A stretch of 64,000 bases of DNA from Rubripirellula sp. (lineage in GTDB: Bacteria; Planctomycetota; Planctomycetia; Pirellulales; Pirellulaceae): positions 2,016,001-2,080,000 of the forward strand of contig OZ244207.1 in assembly GCA_965216875.1 (NCBI GenBank), given 5' to 3'. Both the position numbers and the translations under genes were made by a program. Below the pieces are notes generated by a model. The model worked only from the letters and a program-made list of their open reading frames with translations. It did not search any database and was not told the DNA's origin. Shown here in pieces: positions 25,863 through 35,800 of the stretch. The first letter of the stretch is position 1. The number at the start of each line of letters is the position of its first letter.

Positions 25863-27449
25863 CTACGACGTTGGTCCGGCAGCTCGAATTTCCTCCGATG
25901 CGCCGGCCTCGTATTTTTGAAAGTTCTGGATGAACAGGTCGGCAAGTCGACGGCAGCTACTTTCGTATGCCTCTTCATCGGACCAGCTCTCGCGTGGCCA
26001 AAGAAGCGTCGATGGCACGTCGGGGCAATGTGTCGGCACCTCGAAGTTGAATACCGGGTCAGTCCGTGTGGTTGCTTCCGACAATTCACCACTATGAATC
26101 GCGTCGATGATTCGGCGAGTGTGTTTGAGGCTCATGCGATCACCAATCCCATACGGCCCTCCAGACCAACCGGTGTTGACGAGCCACGCATGGCTGCCAT
26201 GTTCTCGAATCCTCTCAGCCAATAGCTCAGCGTACTTTGCCGGGTGCCAGACGAGGAAGGCGGCGCCGAAGCAGGCGCTGAAGGTTGCGGTGGGCTCAGT
26301 CACGTTCATTTCTGTTCCGGCAACCTTTGCCGTGTAGCCACTGATGAAATGGTACATGGCCTGTTCTGGCGAAAGCTTAGAAACCGGGGGAAGTACGCCG
26401 AAGGCATCACAGGTCAAGAAAATGATGTTTTCGGGATGGCCGCCGACACAAGGGATCTTTGCGTTGTCGATGAAGTCGATGGGATAGGCCACTCGTGTGT
26501 TTTCGGTGATCGAAGCGTCGTCGTAGTTAACGACATGCGTCGCTTCGTCGAAGACAACGTTCTCGAGTACGGCGCCGTATCGCACCGCATCGTAGATCTC
26601 CGGTTCATTCTCCTTCTTCAGGTGAATGACCTTGGCGTAACAACCCCCTTCGATGTTGAAGACGCCGGAATCGGTCCAACAATGCTCATCGTCGCCAATC
26701 AACCGCCGCACCGGATCGGTGGAAAGTGTCGTTTTGCCGGTTCCTGACAGACCAAAAAAGAGCGCCACTCGCCCGTCAGCCGATTCATTGGCGCTGCAGT
26801 GCATGCTGAGCACGCTTTTCTTCGGCATCAGGTAGTTCATAACGGTGAAGACGCCCTTTTTCATCTCCCCGGCGTACTGGGTCCCTAGAATCACCAACTC
26901 ACCCAGCTCGATCGACAGGTCGATGCTGGTCGTGCTCGTCATTTGCGCGGTGTAGGGATTGGCCGGAAAGGCACCTGCGTTGAAGATCACAACGTCGGGT
27001 TCACCGAAGTTCGCCAGTTCGTCTTCGCTTGGACGAATCAGCATGTTGTGCATGAACAACGCGTGATAGGCGCTCTCGGCGATCACACGGACTTTGATCT
27101 GATGTTCTTTGGCCCATCCAGCGAAGCCATCAAATACAAAGGTTCGCGGCCGCGTGTTGAGGTAATCGATGGCCCGTTGTCGATTGATCAAGAAGGACCG
27201 CTCGGTGAGCCGTATGTTGACCTCACCCCACCAAATGTCGTCGCTGGTGGTCGGTTGATCGACGATGCGTTTGTCTTTTGGGCTTCGCCCTGTCTTGTCG
27301 CCGCTTCGCGTGGCCAGGGCGCCGGAAGCGGCAATCACGGCGTGTTGGTCGATAATCGCGAACTCATAAAGGCGAGCTGGAGTCGCGTTGTGAATCACAT
27401 CGCTACCGTAGAGCCCGTATTGGGACAAATCGATCGGGTTGACACTCAT
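25863..27449 (-). CDS. pckA: Phosphoenolpyruvate carboxykinase (ATP)
   Basis: TGRSPKDK, YAGEMKK, MHCSAN, FGLSGTGKTTLS, IGDDEH, EGGCYAK, FSACFGA. Confidence 0.98.
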   Translation of the reverse strand: MSVNPIDLSQYGLYGSDVIHNATPARLYEFAIIDQHAVIAASGALATRSGDKTGRSPKDKRIVDQPTTSDDIWWGEVNIRLTERSFLINRQRAIDYLNTRPRTFVFDGFAGWAKEHQIKVRVIAESAYHALFMHNMLIRPSEDELANFGEPDVVIFNAGAFPANPYTAQMTSTTSIDLSIELGELVILGTQYAGEMKKGVFTVMNYLMPKKSVLSMHCSANESADGRVALFFGLSGTGKTTLSTDPVRRLIGDDEHCWTDSGVFNIEGGCYAKVIHLKKENEPEIYDAVRYGAVLENVVFDEATHVVNYDDASITENTRVAYPIDFIDNAKIPCVGGHPENIIFLTCDAFGVLPPVSKLSPEQAMYHFISGYTAKVAGTEMNVTEPTATFSACFGAAFLVWHPAKYAELLAERIREHGSHAWLVNTGWSGGPYGIGDRMSLKHTRRIIDAIHSGELSEATTRTDPVFNFEVPTHCPDVPSTLLWPRESWSDEEAYESSCRRLADLFIQNFQKYEAGASEEIRAAGPTS

Positions 27450-27625
27450 GCGACGTGATTTCCATCCACTTTTCAAGGGCAACGAATTGTCCTTGAGTCT
27501 AGCGCGACCGATCGTCTGGTGCGACACCAATTAGCGATTCGGTCGGTTCCTGGTACACTGCAGCGCGAACCACAAGTCGCGTTCGCACTGATCCTTTGGC
27601 GCAAACTTGCAGAGAGCCGCGCGAA

Positions 27626-27928
27626 ATGAAACAGATCGTCACCATCGTCCGACCACACTTGGCCGAACAAGTGCTGGCAAGCTTACGCCGAGCCCCGGTC
27701 GAAGCGCTTAGCGTGACAGAGGTGAAGGGCTACGGACGGCAAAAGAGCTACCTAGATGAATACCAGGAGACCGAGTATTCCGAAGCCTTTGTGCCCAAGG
27801 TGGAGATCACGCTTTGGGTTGAGGATTCCCGAGCAGAGGAAATCCTTGAGAAGATCGTTTCGGTCGCACGAAGCGGCCGAATCGGCGACGGCAAAATCTT
27901 GGTTATGCCTGTGGCTGAGTTTCTTTAG
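27626..27928 (+). CDS. P-II family signal transduction protein (short, lacks C-loop)
   Basis: I.RP, V.GYGRQK...EY...F.PKV, A.SG.IGDGKI; ends at VAEFL. Confidence 0.9.
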   Translation: MKQIVTIVRPHLAEQVLASLRRAPVEALSVTEVKGYGRQKSYLDEYQETEYSEAFVPKVEITLWVEDSRAEEILEKIVSVARSGRIGDGKILVMPVAEFL

Positions 27929-28613
27929 CAGCCTGGTTCTTCTTGCGACGTCGGTAACCGTAGCCACAAACCATCGATCCCATTGCCAACATGATCGCAT
28001 GTGATGGCTCTGGAGTGCTGACCACTGCGGTGTTGGAGTTGACGGGAATGCCGATTGGGAATACCGAATCAGCCACAGCAAAGGGGGACAAGCCACCAAC
28101 GGACTGTGCCGTGACGGTGTAACTGGCCGCAGGATTTGCACCAATGTCGTAGGTAACCGAACCGAGCAAGACCGAGTTATCGTTCACGCCATCGGTCGCA
28201 GTCGTGGCCCCTGTTTGTCCGAGCCCGTTCAATTCAATCATTGCCAACCGAACCTGCTGGCCCGTGATTTGCGAATTTCCACTCAGGTCGTCTACTAAAC
28301 CTGGGCCGAACGTAAACGCAGTCGGTGTCAGTTGTGTGCCGCCTGAGGTGACGTCGACCGTAAAATCGGCGAGTGCCACACCAGTCGCGTCGTCCTGAAG
28401 CCGAGTCTCGGGAGCGATCTGGGTGAGATAAATCTCAAGGGTGACCGACGTGTTGGGCAAACTGCTGGTTCGGAAAACCGACCCATCACTCGCAACAGCC
28501 CCTCCGCGACCAAACTCGAGAACGAAGGACTGTGCTGAAGCGTTCGTCTGCACGACTGCCGCTAAAACGAAAGCGAATGCGACAGATGCAATACGAGATG
28601 TTAGGCGAGACAT
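27903..28613 (-). CDS. PEP-CTERM sorting domain protein
   Basis: Signal peptide; C-terminal TPEPS + TM + RRRKK. Confidence 0.88.
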   Translation of the reverse strand: MSRLTSRIASVAFAFVLAAVVQTNASAQSFVLEFGRGGAVASDGSVFRTSSLPNTSVTLEIYLTQIAPETRLQDDATGVALADFTVDVTSGGTQLTPTAFTFGPGLVDDLSGNSQITGQQVRLAMIELNGLGQTGATTATDGVNDNSVLLGSVTYDIGANPAASYTVTAQSVGGLSPFAVADSVFPIGIPVNSNTAVVSTPEPSHAIMLAMGSMVCGYGYRRRKKNQAAKETQPQA

Positions 28614-28837
28614 AAGCTTGATGAGATTCTTCACGTTGGAAAGGTAGCGCAAAACACCGTGGTTGTGTGGGCTATCGTAAATGAATGGACGACGGAGTGT
28701 GGCCGAAAATCCCCCACGTTCCCCTAAATTTTGCAAACTTTCACAAACCACCCGGCTTGAACCCCTCTGGTGGTGGATCGGTGGTCCCAGGAGGCGCTGG
28801 GAAACGAAGCCATCAAGCGTTTGACGGCGCCCGGCAA

Positions 28838-29791
28838 TCAGGCAGGGTAGCGTGGTGCGGCCAGCGACGATGCGTCAAATCCCGTCTCGCCGGTGAACAG
28901 ACGACCAGCATTAGGGCAAGCTGCCTGATCCGATTCGCTCATATGCTCCACAGCCGTTGTGATGACGAGTGTGACCTGGTCACCCGTTGGCACGAGCGAC
29001 GGGCAGGTGTTTTGGGGCGAGCCCGGAGTCTGCCAAACGACCTTCAGTTGCCCGGACGCCAAGTCGTACAACCGCGTTTCGCCATACTCTGCGACTTCAG
29101 GACGGAACATGGAGACGATCACGCCCGTGTTATCGGGAGTCAGAATTGCGCCATCGGGTACGGCAGGGTCGCCTTCAAAATCAACCACGACCTCGGCCGC
29201 GCCGAGTGAGCCGGATGAGATATCGATGGGATAGGAAACGATCGTCCGTGTCGGCGAATCAATGTCGATCAACCGCAGGCTGTCCCCCGAGGAAATCATC
29301 GCCTTGCCGTTGCTGCAGATTTGATCGTCACGCAAGCGAATCAACTTTTTGTCGCTACCACGGTAGAGGTACAGTCCTGCCTTCTTTGTCGCAAATTCAA
29401 GGTCCTTGGTTCCGAAGATCAAGTTGTCTTCGAAGACCATTCCATCATTGATGATCGTGTTGGTGACATCTTGGTCGACCCCTTCGCAAAAACTCTCGAA
29501 GGTTCCACGGCCCGTATCAAAAATCCCGAGCGACCGTTCGCAGCCGACGACAAACCGGCCTTCGGATTCGCAAGGAAACGCGAACCCTGGACGCCCCGGC
29601 AAATCGTAGGATTGATTCTCGCCGCTCTTCATGTCGTAGATGTTCAAGCTACCCGAGGTTGCATCGAGTCCATGCTGAATTCCAACCCACGAAAACTTTC
29701 GATCGCCCAGTGGATAAGGGCCTTCGGGGAGGAACCGAAGCTCGGCGGACGAGGGAACAGAAAGCGGGGAAGCTTGACGAATCTCGGTCAT
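28838..29791 (-). CDS. SMP-30/gluconolactonase/LRE family protein
   Basis: PEGP, WV.I, INDG, CSNG, IDSP, PDG, TCP, ITTA. Confidence 0.88.
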   Translation of the reverse strand: MTEIRQASPLSVPSSAELRFLPEGPYPLGDRKFSWVGIQHGLDATSGSLNIYDMKSGENQSYDLPGRPGFAFPCESEGRFVVGCERSLGIFDTGRGTFESFCEGVDQDVTNTIINDGMVFEDNLIFGTKDLEFATKKAGLYLYRGSDKKLIRLRDDQICSNGKAMISSGDSLRLIDIDSPTRTIVSYPIDISSGSLGAAEVVVDFEGDPAVPDGAILTPDNTGVIVSMFRPEVAEYGETRLYDLASGQLKVVWQTPGSPQNTCPSLVPTGDQVTLVITTAVEHMSESDQAACPNAGRLFTGETGFDASSLAAPRYPA

Positions 29792-30005
29792 GAATCACGT
29801 CTACTGGTTCAGTATTTCGGCTGGTGAAGGCATCAGTTTGCCATCGAATGGGCGTTGTTGCCACAGCCCTACCGATCGACAAAGTAACGGGTCGCGACCG
29901 TCCCCCTGCTGGGCTCCTGTTGCCGATCTCGACAGCCGCCTATCATGGCTTCCGTGTTGGCAATGTAACGCCAGTAAGAAAATCGCTCACTGCAGGAATC
30001 GTGTT

Positions 30006-30803
30006 TTGTCATTAAGCATCATGCGTCGGTTCACCTTCTGTGCAGGCCATCGTCTGGTCGGCCACGAAGGAAAGTGCCAAAACTTGCACGGTCACAACTA
30101 TGTGGTCGAAATCTATGTCACTGGCGCACAGCAGGACGCAATCGGCCGAATTCTCGACTTCAAGTTGTTGAAGAATCGAGTGAAGGATTGGATCGACGAC
30201 AATTGGGACCATACTTTCATCCTTTGGAATCAGGATGAAAACGGGCTAGCCGCGATTCGTTCGTCCGAGCCGCATCGGATCTATGAACTCGACGCTAATC
30301 CAACGGCCGAGAACATGGCAATTCATCTGCTTGAAGAGATTTGCCCCAAAATCCTTGATGGCACGGGCGCGACAGCGTTCAAGATTCGGCTTTGGGAAAG
30401 TGAAGAAACCTGCGCAGAAGTGACCGTCGGCCAAATGCAAACCTACGAGCTAAACCACGTCGCCATTCACGTCGAGAATGTTGAAAAGAGCGTCGAATTC
30501 TATCGTGACGCGCTGAAGCTAAAGCCGTTGCCGCGGCCAGACTTTGATTTCCCCGGTGCCTGGTTTCAGCTGGGCACAACCCAAGAACTGCACATCATCG
30601 GCGATCGGGATTTGCCGGTGCATTCGCATCACCGTGGCGGCCACTTCGCGCTTATCGTCGATTCTTTGGACGAGTGGGAATCGCACCTCGATGCCTACGG
30701 GGCGAAGCGCCTGCAGCGAAAAACACGTCCCGACGGTGCCTTTCAAACCTTCGTCCAAGATCCCGACGGGCATTGGATCGAACTCTGCATGCTCAACCCG
30801 TAG
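30006..30803 (+). CDS. queD: QueD (6-carboxy-tetrahydropterin synthase) fused to a VOC/glyoxalase domain
   Basis: FCAGHRL..H.GKCQNLHGHNY, DF, WDH, PTAEN, WES; then LNHVAI...FY...GAW...LHI...HFA...F.QDPDG..IEL; AGGA before TTG. Confidence 0.82.
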   Translation: MSLSIMRRFTFCAGHRLVGHEGKCQNLHGHNYVVEIYVTGAQQDAIGRILDFKLLKNRVKDWIDDNWDHTFILWNQDENGLAAIRSSEPHRIYELDANPTAENMAIHLLEEICPKILDGTGATAFKIRLWESEETCAEVTVGQMQTYELNHVAIHVENVEKSVEFYRDALKLKPLPRPDFDFPGAWFQLGTTQELHIIGDRDLPVHSHHRGGHFALIVDSLDEWESHLDAYGAKRLQRKTRPDGAFQTFVQDPDGHWIELCMLNP

Positions 30804-30879
30804 GGTGCCGTGCTTGCACGCACCACTGAAGCTGCTAGAGCTGGACTTCGAGGCTGGTGCGTGCAAGCACACACCCTAC
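30800..30879. repeat. GTAGGGTG-type REP doublet filling the gap between convergent stop codons
   Basis: gtagggtgccgtgcttgcacgcacca...tggtgcgtgcaagcacacaccctac. Confidence 0.88.
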
Positions 30880-31619
30880 TAGATCAGGTCTCTTAGCGAC
30901 GTGATTGCCAGTGGCTCCTTGGTGGCGAACGGTTCGCCGTATTGGCGATTGATCAATCGACCCCAATAGGCTGCGTCGTCGCGGACGCGATCGATCATGG
31001 TTGGAGGTTCTGTAGGGCGTCCCGTGATGAACTGACTTTCATAGGCCACGATCGACGCGCGTTTCTTTTCCCATTGATCCGAGATGTCGACGATCCAATC
31101 GGGTTGGACGGCAAGCCTTAGGTGGATGCAGAAATAGTAGTAAATGCGTTCCGGGTGAAAACGCTCGCCAGGCATCTCGGTTTTGCTCAGCTTTGACCAA
31201 AACCTTGCCGCTTCGATCAATTCGGTTGCCGCGACATGATCGGGGTGCGCATCGACCCAATACGGTGCAAAGATCCATCGCGGCCGCAACATTCGAAAAT
31301 AACTCGCCAGCAACTCGCGAGCTGATAATGTCGCTTCCAGGCACCGATTGGTCAGGCCAGCATTTCCCCGCCATGTCAACTGCATGATCTCAGTTGCCGT
31401 TGCCGTTTCGGCTTGTCGAATCTCATCACTTCCGTGCGGGGTGGGTTCTCCGCTAGTCAAGTCCAGAACACCGACACGAAAGCCTTGTTCGATCATCCGA
31501 ATGATTGTGCCTCCCATCCCTAGTTCGGCATCATCCGGATGGGGCGCGACCACCAAAAAGTCGAGCGGTTCGGAGATCTCGATTTCAGCTGGCCTACCAA
31601 GGGGCGCGGTTAAAGTCAC
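30879..31619 (-). CDS. bshB1: BshB1-like PIG-L family deacetylase
   Basis: APHPDDAELGMGGT, DLT.GE, HPDH, VDIS, AYESQF. Confidence 0.78.
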   Translation of the reverse strand: MTLTAPLGRPAEIEISEPLDFLVVAPHPDDAELGMGGTIIRMIEQGFRVGVLDLTSGEPTPHGSDEIRQAETATATEIMQLTWRGNAGLTNRCLEATLSARELLASYFRMLRPRWIFAPYWVDAHPDHVAATELIEAARFWSKLSKTEMPGERFHPERIYYYFCIHLRLAVQPDWIVDISDQWEKKRASIVAYESQFITGRPTEPPTMIDRVRDDAAYWGRLINRQYGEPFATKEPLAITSLRDLI

Positions 31620-31774
31620 AAATCAATTCCCAGGTCAATGATCACAAAGGGCGTACGGAGTACGGTAAGAAAACCAGAAAATGAACGGCGAGGCAACGCG
31701 TCCGCCGATGGCCGGCGTTCGCTTCGGACGCTCGTTGCACAGAGATTGGTTCAAAGCGATTGACGCCTCGACCA

Positions 31775-32869
31775 CTACCGCTGGTAGATCGGGAGGTAGT
31801 GGTAGCGAACACTCAAGCTGAGAATTGCCAGGGAGGTCGCGTAGATCGATCCGACGTTTCGTTCTTCGCTGCCCATCGCCAACCAAGAACCGTTGCTCCG
31901 CTGGGCATCGAGCAGTAGTTCCGGAACAAGCGTGTCGGCCTTTTTGGCGTACTTGCCGCCCGCTTGGTGCATTCCTTGGGCGTAATAGTAGAGTCCGTAG
32001 AAAAAGAACCGTTCGTTTTGACGCGGCGGATGATGCAACAGCCATTCTGCCGCTCCCTTGACCAAGGGCGAATCATATTGGCCACAAACTTGCATCGCCA
32101 ACAAACCCGCGGCCGTCATCGTGAACGACGGGTGGTGCGTTCCCGGCGTGTAACTGAAGCCGGACACTTTGTCTCGCGGAACACCGTTTCGATCCATCGG
32201 CGACGCATAGGAATAACGTAAGTATTTCAGCGCCTTTTCGATCGCCTCGCCGGGAACATCAAGACCGTCATTTTTTGCCGAACGAAGCGCCATCAGTTGC
32301 CAGACGGAAACGGACAGGTCCGCATCTTGGCTGGTGGGTGTGTATCGCCAACCCCCACGCAGTTTTTCTGATTTCCGGACTTGTTGCGCGGCAAGAATCA
32401 ACTTGATTGACTTGTTGAGCGCCTTGTGAATTCGTTCGTTCTTTTCGGGCGTTGCGGCAGTTCCCAACATTTCGGTCAGCATCAACGTGGTGATGCCGTG
32501 GCCGTACATGCGCGATGAATCCCGCCCGCCAAAGTACCCCGTGGTGTCTTGATGCCGCTCGGTGAGCACGAAGTCGATCGCGCGCTGCATCGCTCGGCCC
32601 CGTTTCGTTGCGGGATCAGGTTGAATGCCAATCGAGGCCATCGCCATCACGGCAAGCGAGGACATTGCGACCTCATAGCCACGGTCGACGATTGCACCAT
32701 CCTTACGTTGCGTCTCGATCAAGAAGTTGACGCCGCGCGAGACGGCACGATCAATGTCATCGGTCACGTAAAGTGAGGTCGGAGAATCGTCCGCGAAGCT
32801 ACGATCGATGAGTGCCCCCGTCAAGAAACCCGAGGCGATCGACGAAAAGAGTTGTCGCCGGTGCATCAT
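31775..32869 (-). CDS. Prenyltransferase/squalene-oxidase repeat protein with Tat-like signal
   Basis: HRRQLF N-terminus; Q..DG, MYGHG, GGWRY...DLSV..WQ.MALR, Q..NGSW, YLPIYQR. Confidence 0.88.
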   Translation of the reverse strand: MMHRRQLFSSIASGFLTGALIDRSFADDSPTSLYVTDDIDRAVSRGVNFLIETQRKDGAIVDRGYEVAMSSLAVMAMASIGIQPDPATKRGRAMQRAIDFVLTERHQDTTGYFGGRDSSRMYGHGITTLMLTEMLGTAATPEKNERIHKALNKSIKLILAAQQVRKSEKLRGGWRYTPTSQDADLSVSVWQLMALRSAKNDGLDVPGEAIEKALKYLRYSYASPMDRNGVPRDKVSGFSYTPGTHHPSFTMTAAGLLAMQVCGQYDSPLVKGAAEWLLHHPPRQNERFFFYGLYYYAQGMHQAGGKYAKKADTLVPELLLDAQRSNGSWLAMGSEERNVGSIYATSLAILSLSVRYHYLPIYQR

Positions 32870-35800
32870 TTTGATTTCTCCGACGCACGTTTTGCTACCG
32901 CACGAAAATAGGCTTCAATCTCGCGACGATACTGTGGTGGGACAGCATCTTTTCGACTTTCGGTCGCGTCCTCGGTTCGACGCTCACGGAGTTGGCCCCA
33001 CTCCAAGCCATCACGTGAGATTCCTCGCGTATCGACCTTGCCGCCGTCAGGCATGTCTCCCGAGCCGGAACGTTGGTTCGCCGACGCTGATTCCGACGAT
33101 TGTTCACTCGATTCGTTTTGTTGTCCCGGTTCCTGTTGGCCAAACTGCTGCTGGCGTTGACGCGCCGATTGCTGCGACTGCTGGTTGAGCGCATTGGAAA
33201 GCGTTTGCGAGGCCTGCGCGGCAGACTGCTGAGATGGGTTGGGCTGCCCGCTCTCCTGTTGAGACGACTGCTCGCCTTGCGCCGGATCGCCCTGCGGCTG
33301 GTTCCCTTCCTGCGAGTCTTGCCCCGTTTGGTTCTGTTGGCCGGACTCGCTTTGTTGGTCTGATTGTCCTGATGGTTGCTGCGACAATGCGCGGTCGAGT
33401 TCGTCAAGCGTTTGAGCTTTCTGCTGCCCCTCGGCGACTTCGCTTGGTGATGCTTGCGATTGGGCCGTTTGCTGTGCCATCTGTTCGGCGGCGTCCTGCA
33501 TTTGGCCGGCAACCAATTGGGCGAGTTGCTGGGCCGCGTCCGCAATGCTCTGGTTGGCCTCTGCAACGTCTTGGCTTGCTTGTGGCGATTGCGCGGAATC
33601 CGAAGCGGCATTCTCGAGTGACTGTTGCGCTTCCTGTGTCGCCTTCATCGCAGACTCGGCGACCATCTCCGCAGCTTGGGCAAGTTGCGATGCGAGTTCT
33701 TCGCGTCCTAGGCGTTCTTCATGCCGCGCGGCACGCTCGAGCTGCTCCGCCGCCTCCGCAACATCTTCGCCGATACGTTGTTGGGTTTGGGCGAGCCGTT
33801 CGGTGTCTTGCTCGGACGCCTGAAGCTGATCCTGGAATCCGGCCTGCTGACGGACTTCGTCCAGATCCTGAGCCAGCTGATCAAGCGATTCGGCCGTTCG
33901 TTCTGCCATTCGCGAGGCAACCTCGGCAGCCGGGTGTTTGCCATTGGGATTTGGCAACGACTGCTTTTGAATTTGCTGCTTGCGTTGTTCCGATTGTTTG
34001 CTCTTGTCTCGAGCAAACTCGCGGGTCGATTGGGCAGCTTTGGCGGCTCGCTCTGCCTGCTGACTTCGCTGACGTTGATTTTCAACTTGCCGCTTCAGAT
34101 TTTCGTCGTTCTTATTGCGATCTTCTGCGAGTAAGTTCTCGGCACGCTTGAGCGCGTTGTCGGCGTCGCGTTTTTCTCTTTCGGCGCGGCGCAGTCGGTT
34201 GATTGCATCTCGTTCGATGGCGGCCCAATCACGCTTGTTCGTGTCTTCGGCACGAACCATCTGATCGCGAGCGTTGCGTTCGACCTGCTTGCTTTGATCA
34301 CGAGCGCGATTGCGTGCGGCGTCGTTACGGTGAACTTCGTCGTCAGCCGAGTTGTTGCTTAGCTGCTGCACTTTGCGCATTGCATCGGCGGCCTTTTCTA
34401 CCGCTTCGGACATTTCCTGCGATGCCTGCTGCATCTGCGACAACAGCGAATTCTCGGGATCAATTTGGTTGGCAGCTTGCGTTGCCTCGCTCAGGTCCTT
34501 GCGGGCACTATCCAAAAAGGCACTCGCTTCCGGATGATGGGGCGACGCAAGGTTGCGTTCGATGCCCTTCATCATCGCCTGATCGAGGGCGTTCGATTTC
34601 TTGGCGAGGTTGCGCAGCTGCTGACCGACCAAGCGTTTTTGTTCCTGGAATTTTGGGTCAGAACGCTCCAAGCTTTGATTGAGCGAGTTTTCATCGGTCG
34701 CAGCCTGTTCGAGCGTGCGCTGCGCGGCTTCTGCGGCCCGTTGGGCGATATCCGAGAGCTCCTGTTGCATCGGCTGGTTGGATTGCAGTTCACGCTCGAG
34801 CTCGGCCAGTGCGTCCTGAGCATCCTGTTGCGCTTGATCAGCCAAGTCGGTGGCGTCGTCGTTACGCTGCATCAGGTCATCGATGTTGGGAATGTCCTCT
34901 TGGTCGCGCATCGCTTGACGCGATTCACTCAGGTCTTCGCCCTGTTCCGCTTTCTCGAAATGGTCGGCCGTTTCGCGAAGGGTGTCAGCAAGGTCTTGGA
35001 GCGATTCGCTCGCTTGATCTAAATGTTCATCGCGTTGAGCCTTATCTTCGGTTGCCGCAGCGTCGCTCATCTTCTCTTCTGCCTGCTCAACCGCCTCCTG
35101 AATGCGGCTGGCAGCGATGTCGGCATCAAGAGAAAGTTCTCGTTGCTCGCGGTCAGTGATATCCGCTGTATTGGCCAGATCAACAAGTGATTCGATTGTG
35201 TCGAGGGCCGCTTCCTGAGCTTCGGATTGTTGCTGCTCAAGTGATTGAACCGTCTCGTCCTTGGCATCGGGTCGTTCATCGACCTCTTGCTTGGCTTCCT
35301 CCGCTTTTTCAGCTGCTTTGCGTGCTTGCTCAGGCAAGGAAAGCACGTAGGAACGAATCACTTCGCGAGCTTCTTCGACCTTGGGCTCGAAGACTGCCAG
35401 ACGCGTGGCGAATTCGGATTCAAGTGCTGTGAGTGGGCCGTCTGCGGTTAGGAACGCCTTGTCGCTCCAACGTCGTTGGCCGATGCGTTTGATCGCGTCG
35501 TTGTAATCTTGGCTGTAGCGAACTCGATCGAGCGGACCAACGTCCTCCCAGGGCAGATTCAGGTTTTTGAGATAACGCAGTGGCCAGTCCATTTCCGTTT
35601 GCCAACGTTCAAGCCACCAAGCGTGGGCGATTTTCGATGTCGCAGCTCCTTCCAACCGGCGTTCCAAAGCCAATAGCGCTTGCACCTCTTTCAAGAGTCG
35701 TTCGGCTTGATGATCAGCCTCGATCATCTGGATGGCGTTTGCAATCTTTTGAAAGACTTGCGCTGGAGGCTCGTCTTTGTATGGCGTGTAACCTTCGCTT

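Noticed and set aside
29790..30005. N-terminal 72 aa of the 337-aa ORF as part of QueD
   Set aside because: Not protein-like and overlaps the divergent promoter region; TTG at 30006 with an AGGA RBS is the better start.
31775..32869. Squalene-hopene cyclase / terpene cluster
   Set aside because: Too short, no DXDD motif, and it sits in a DUF58/VWA operon.
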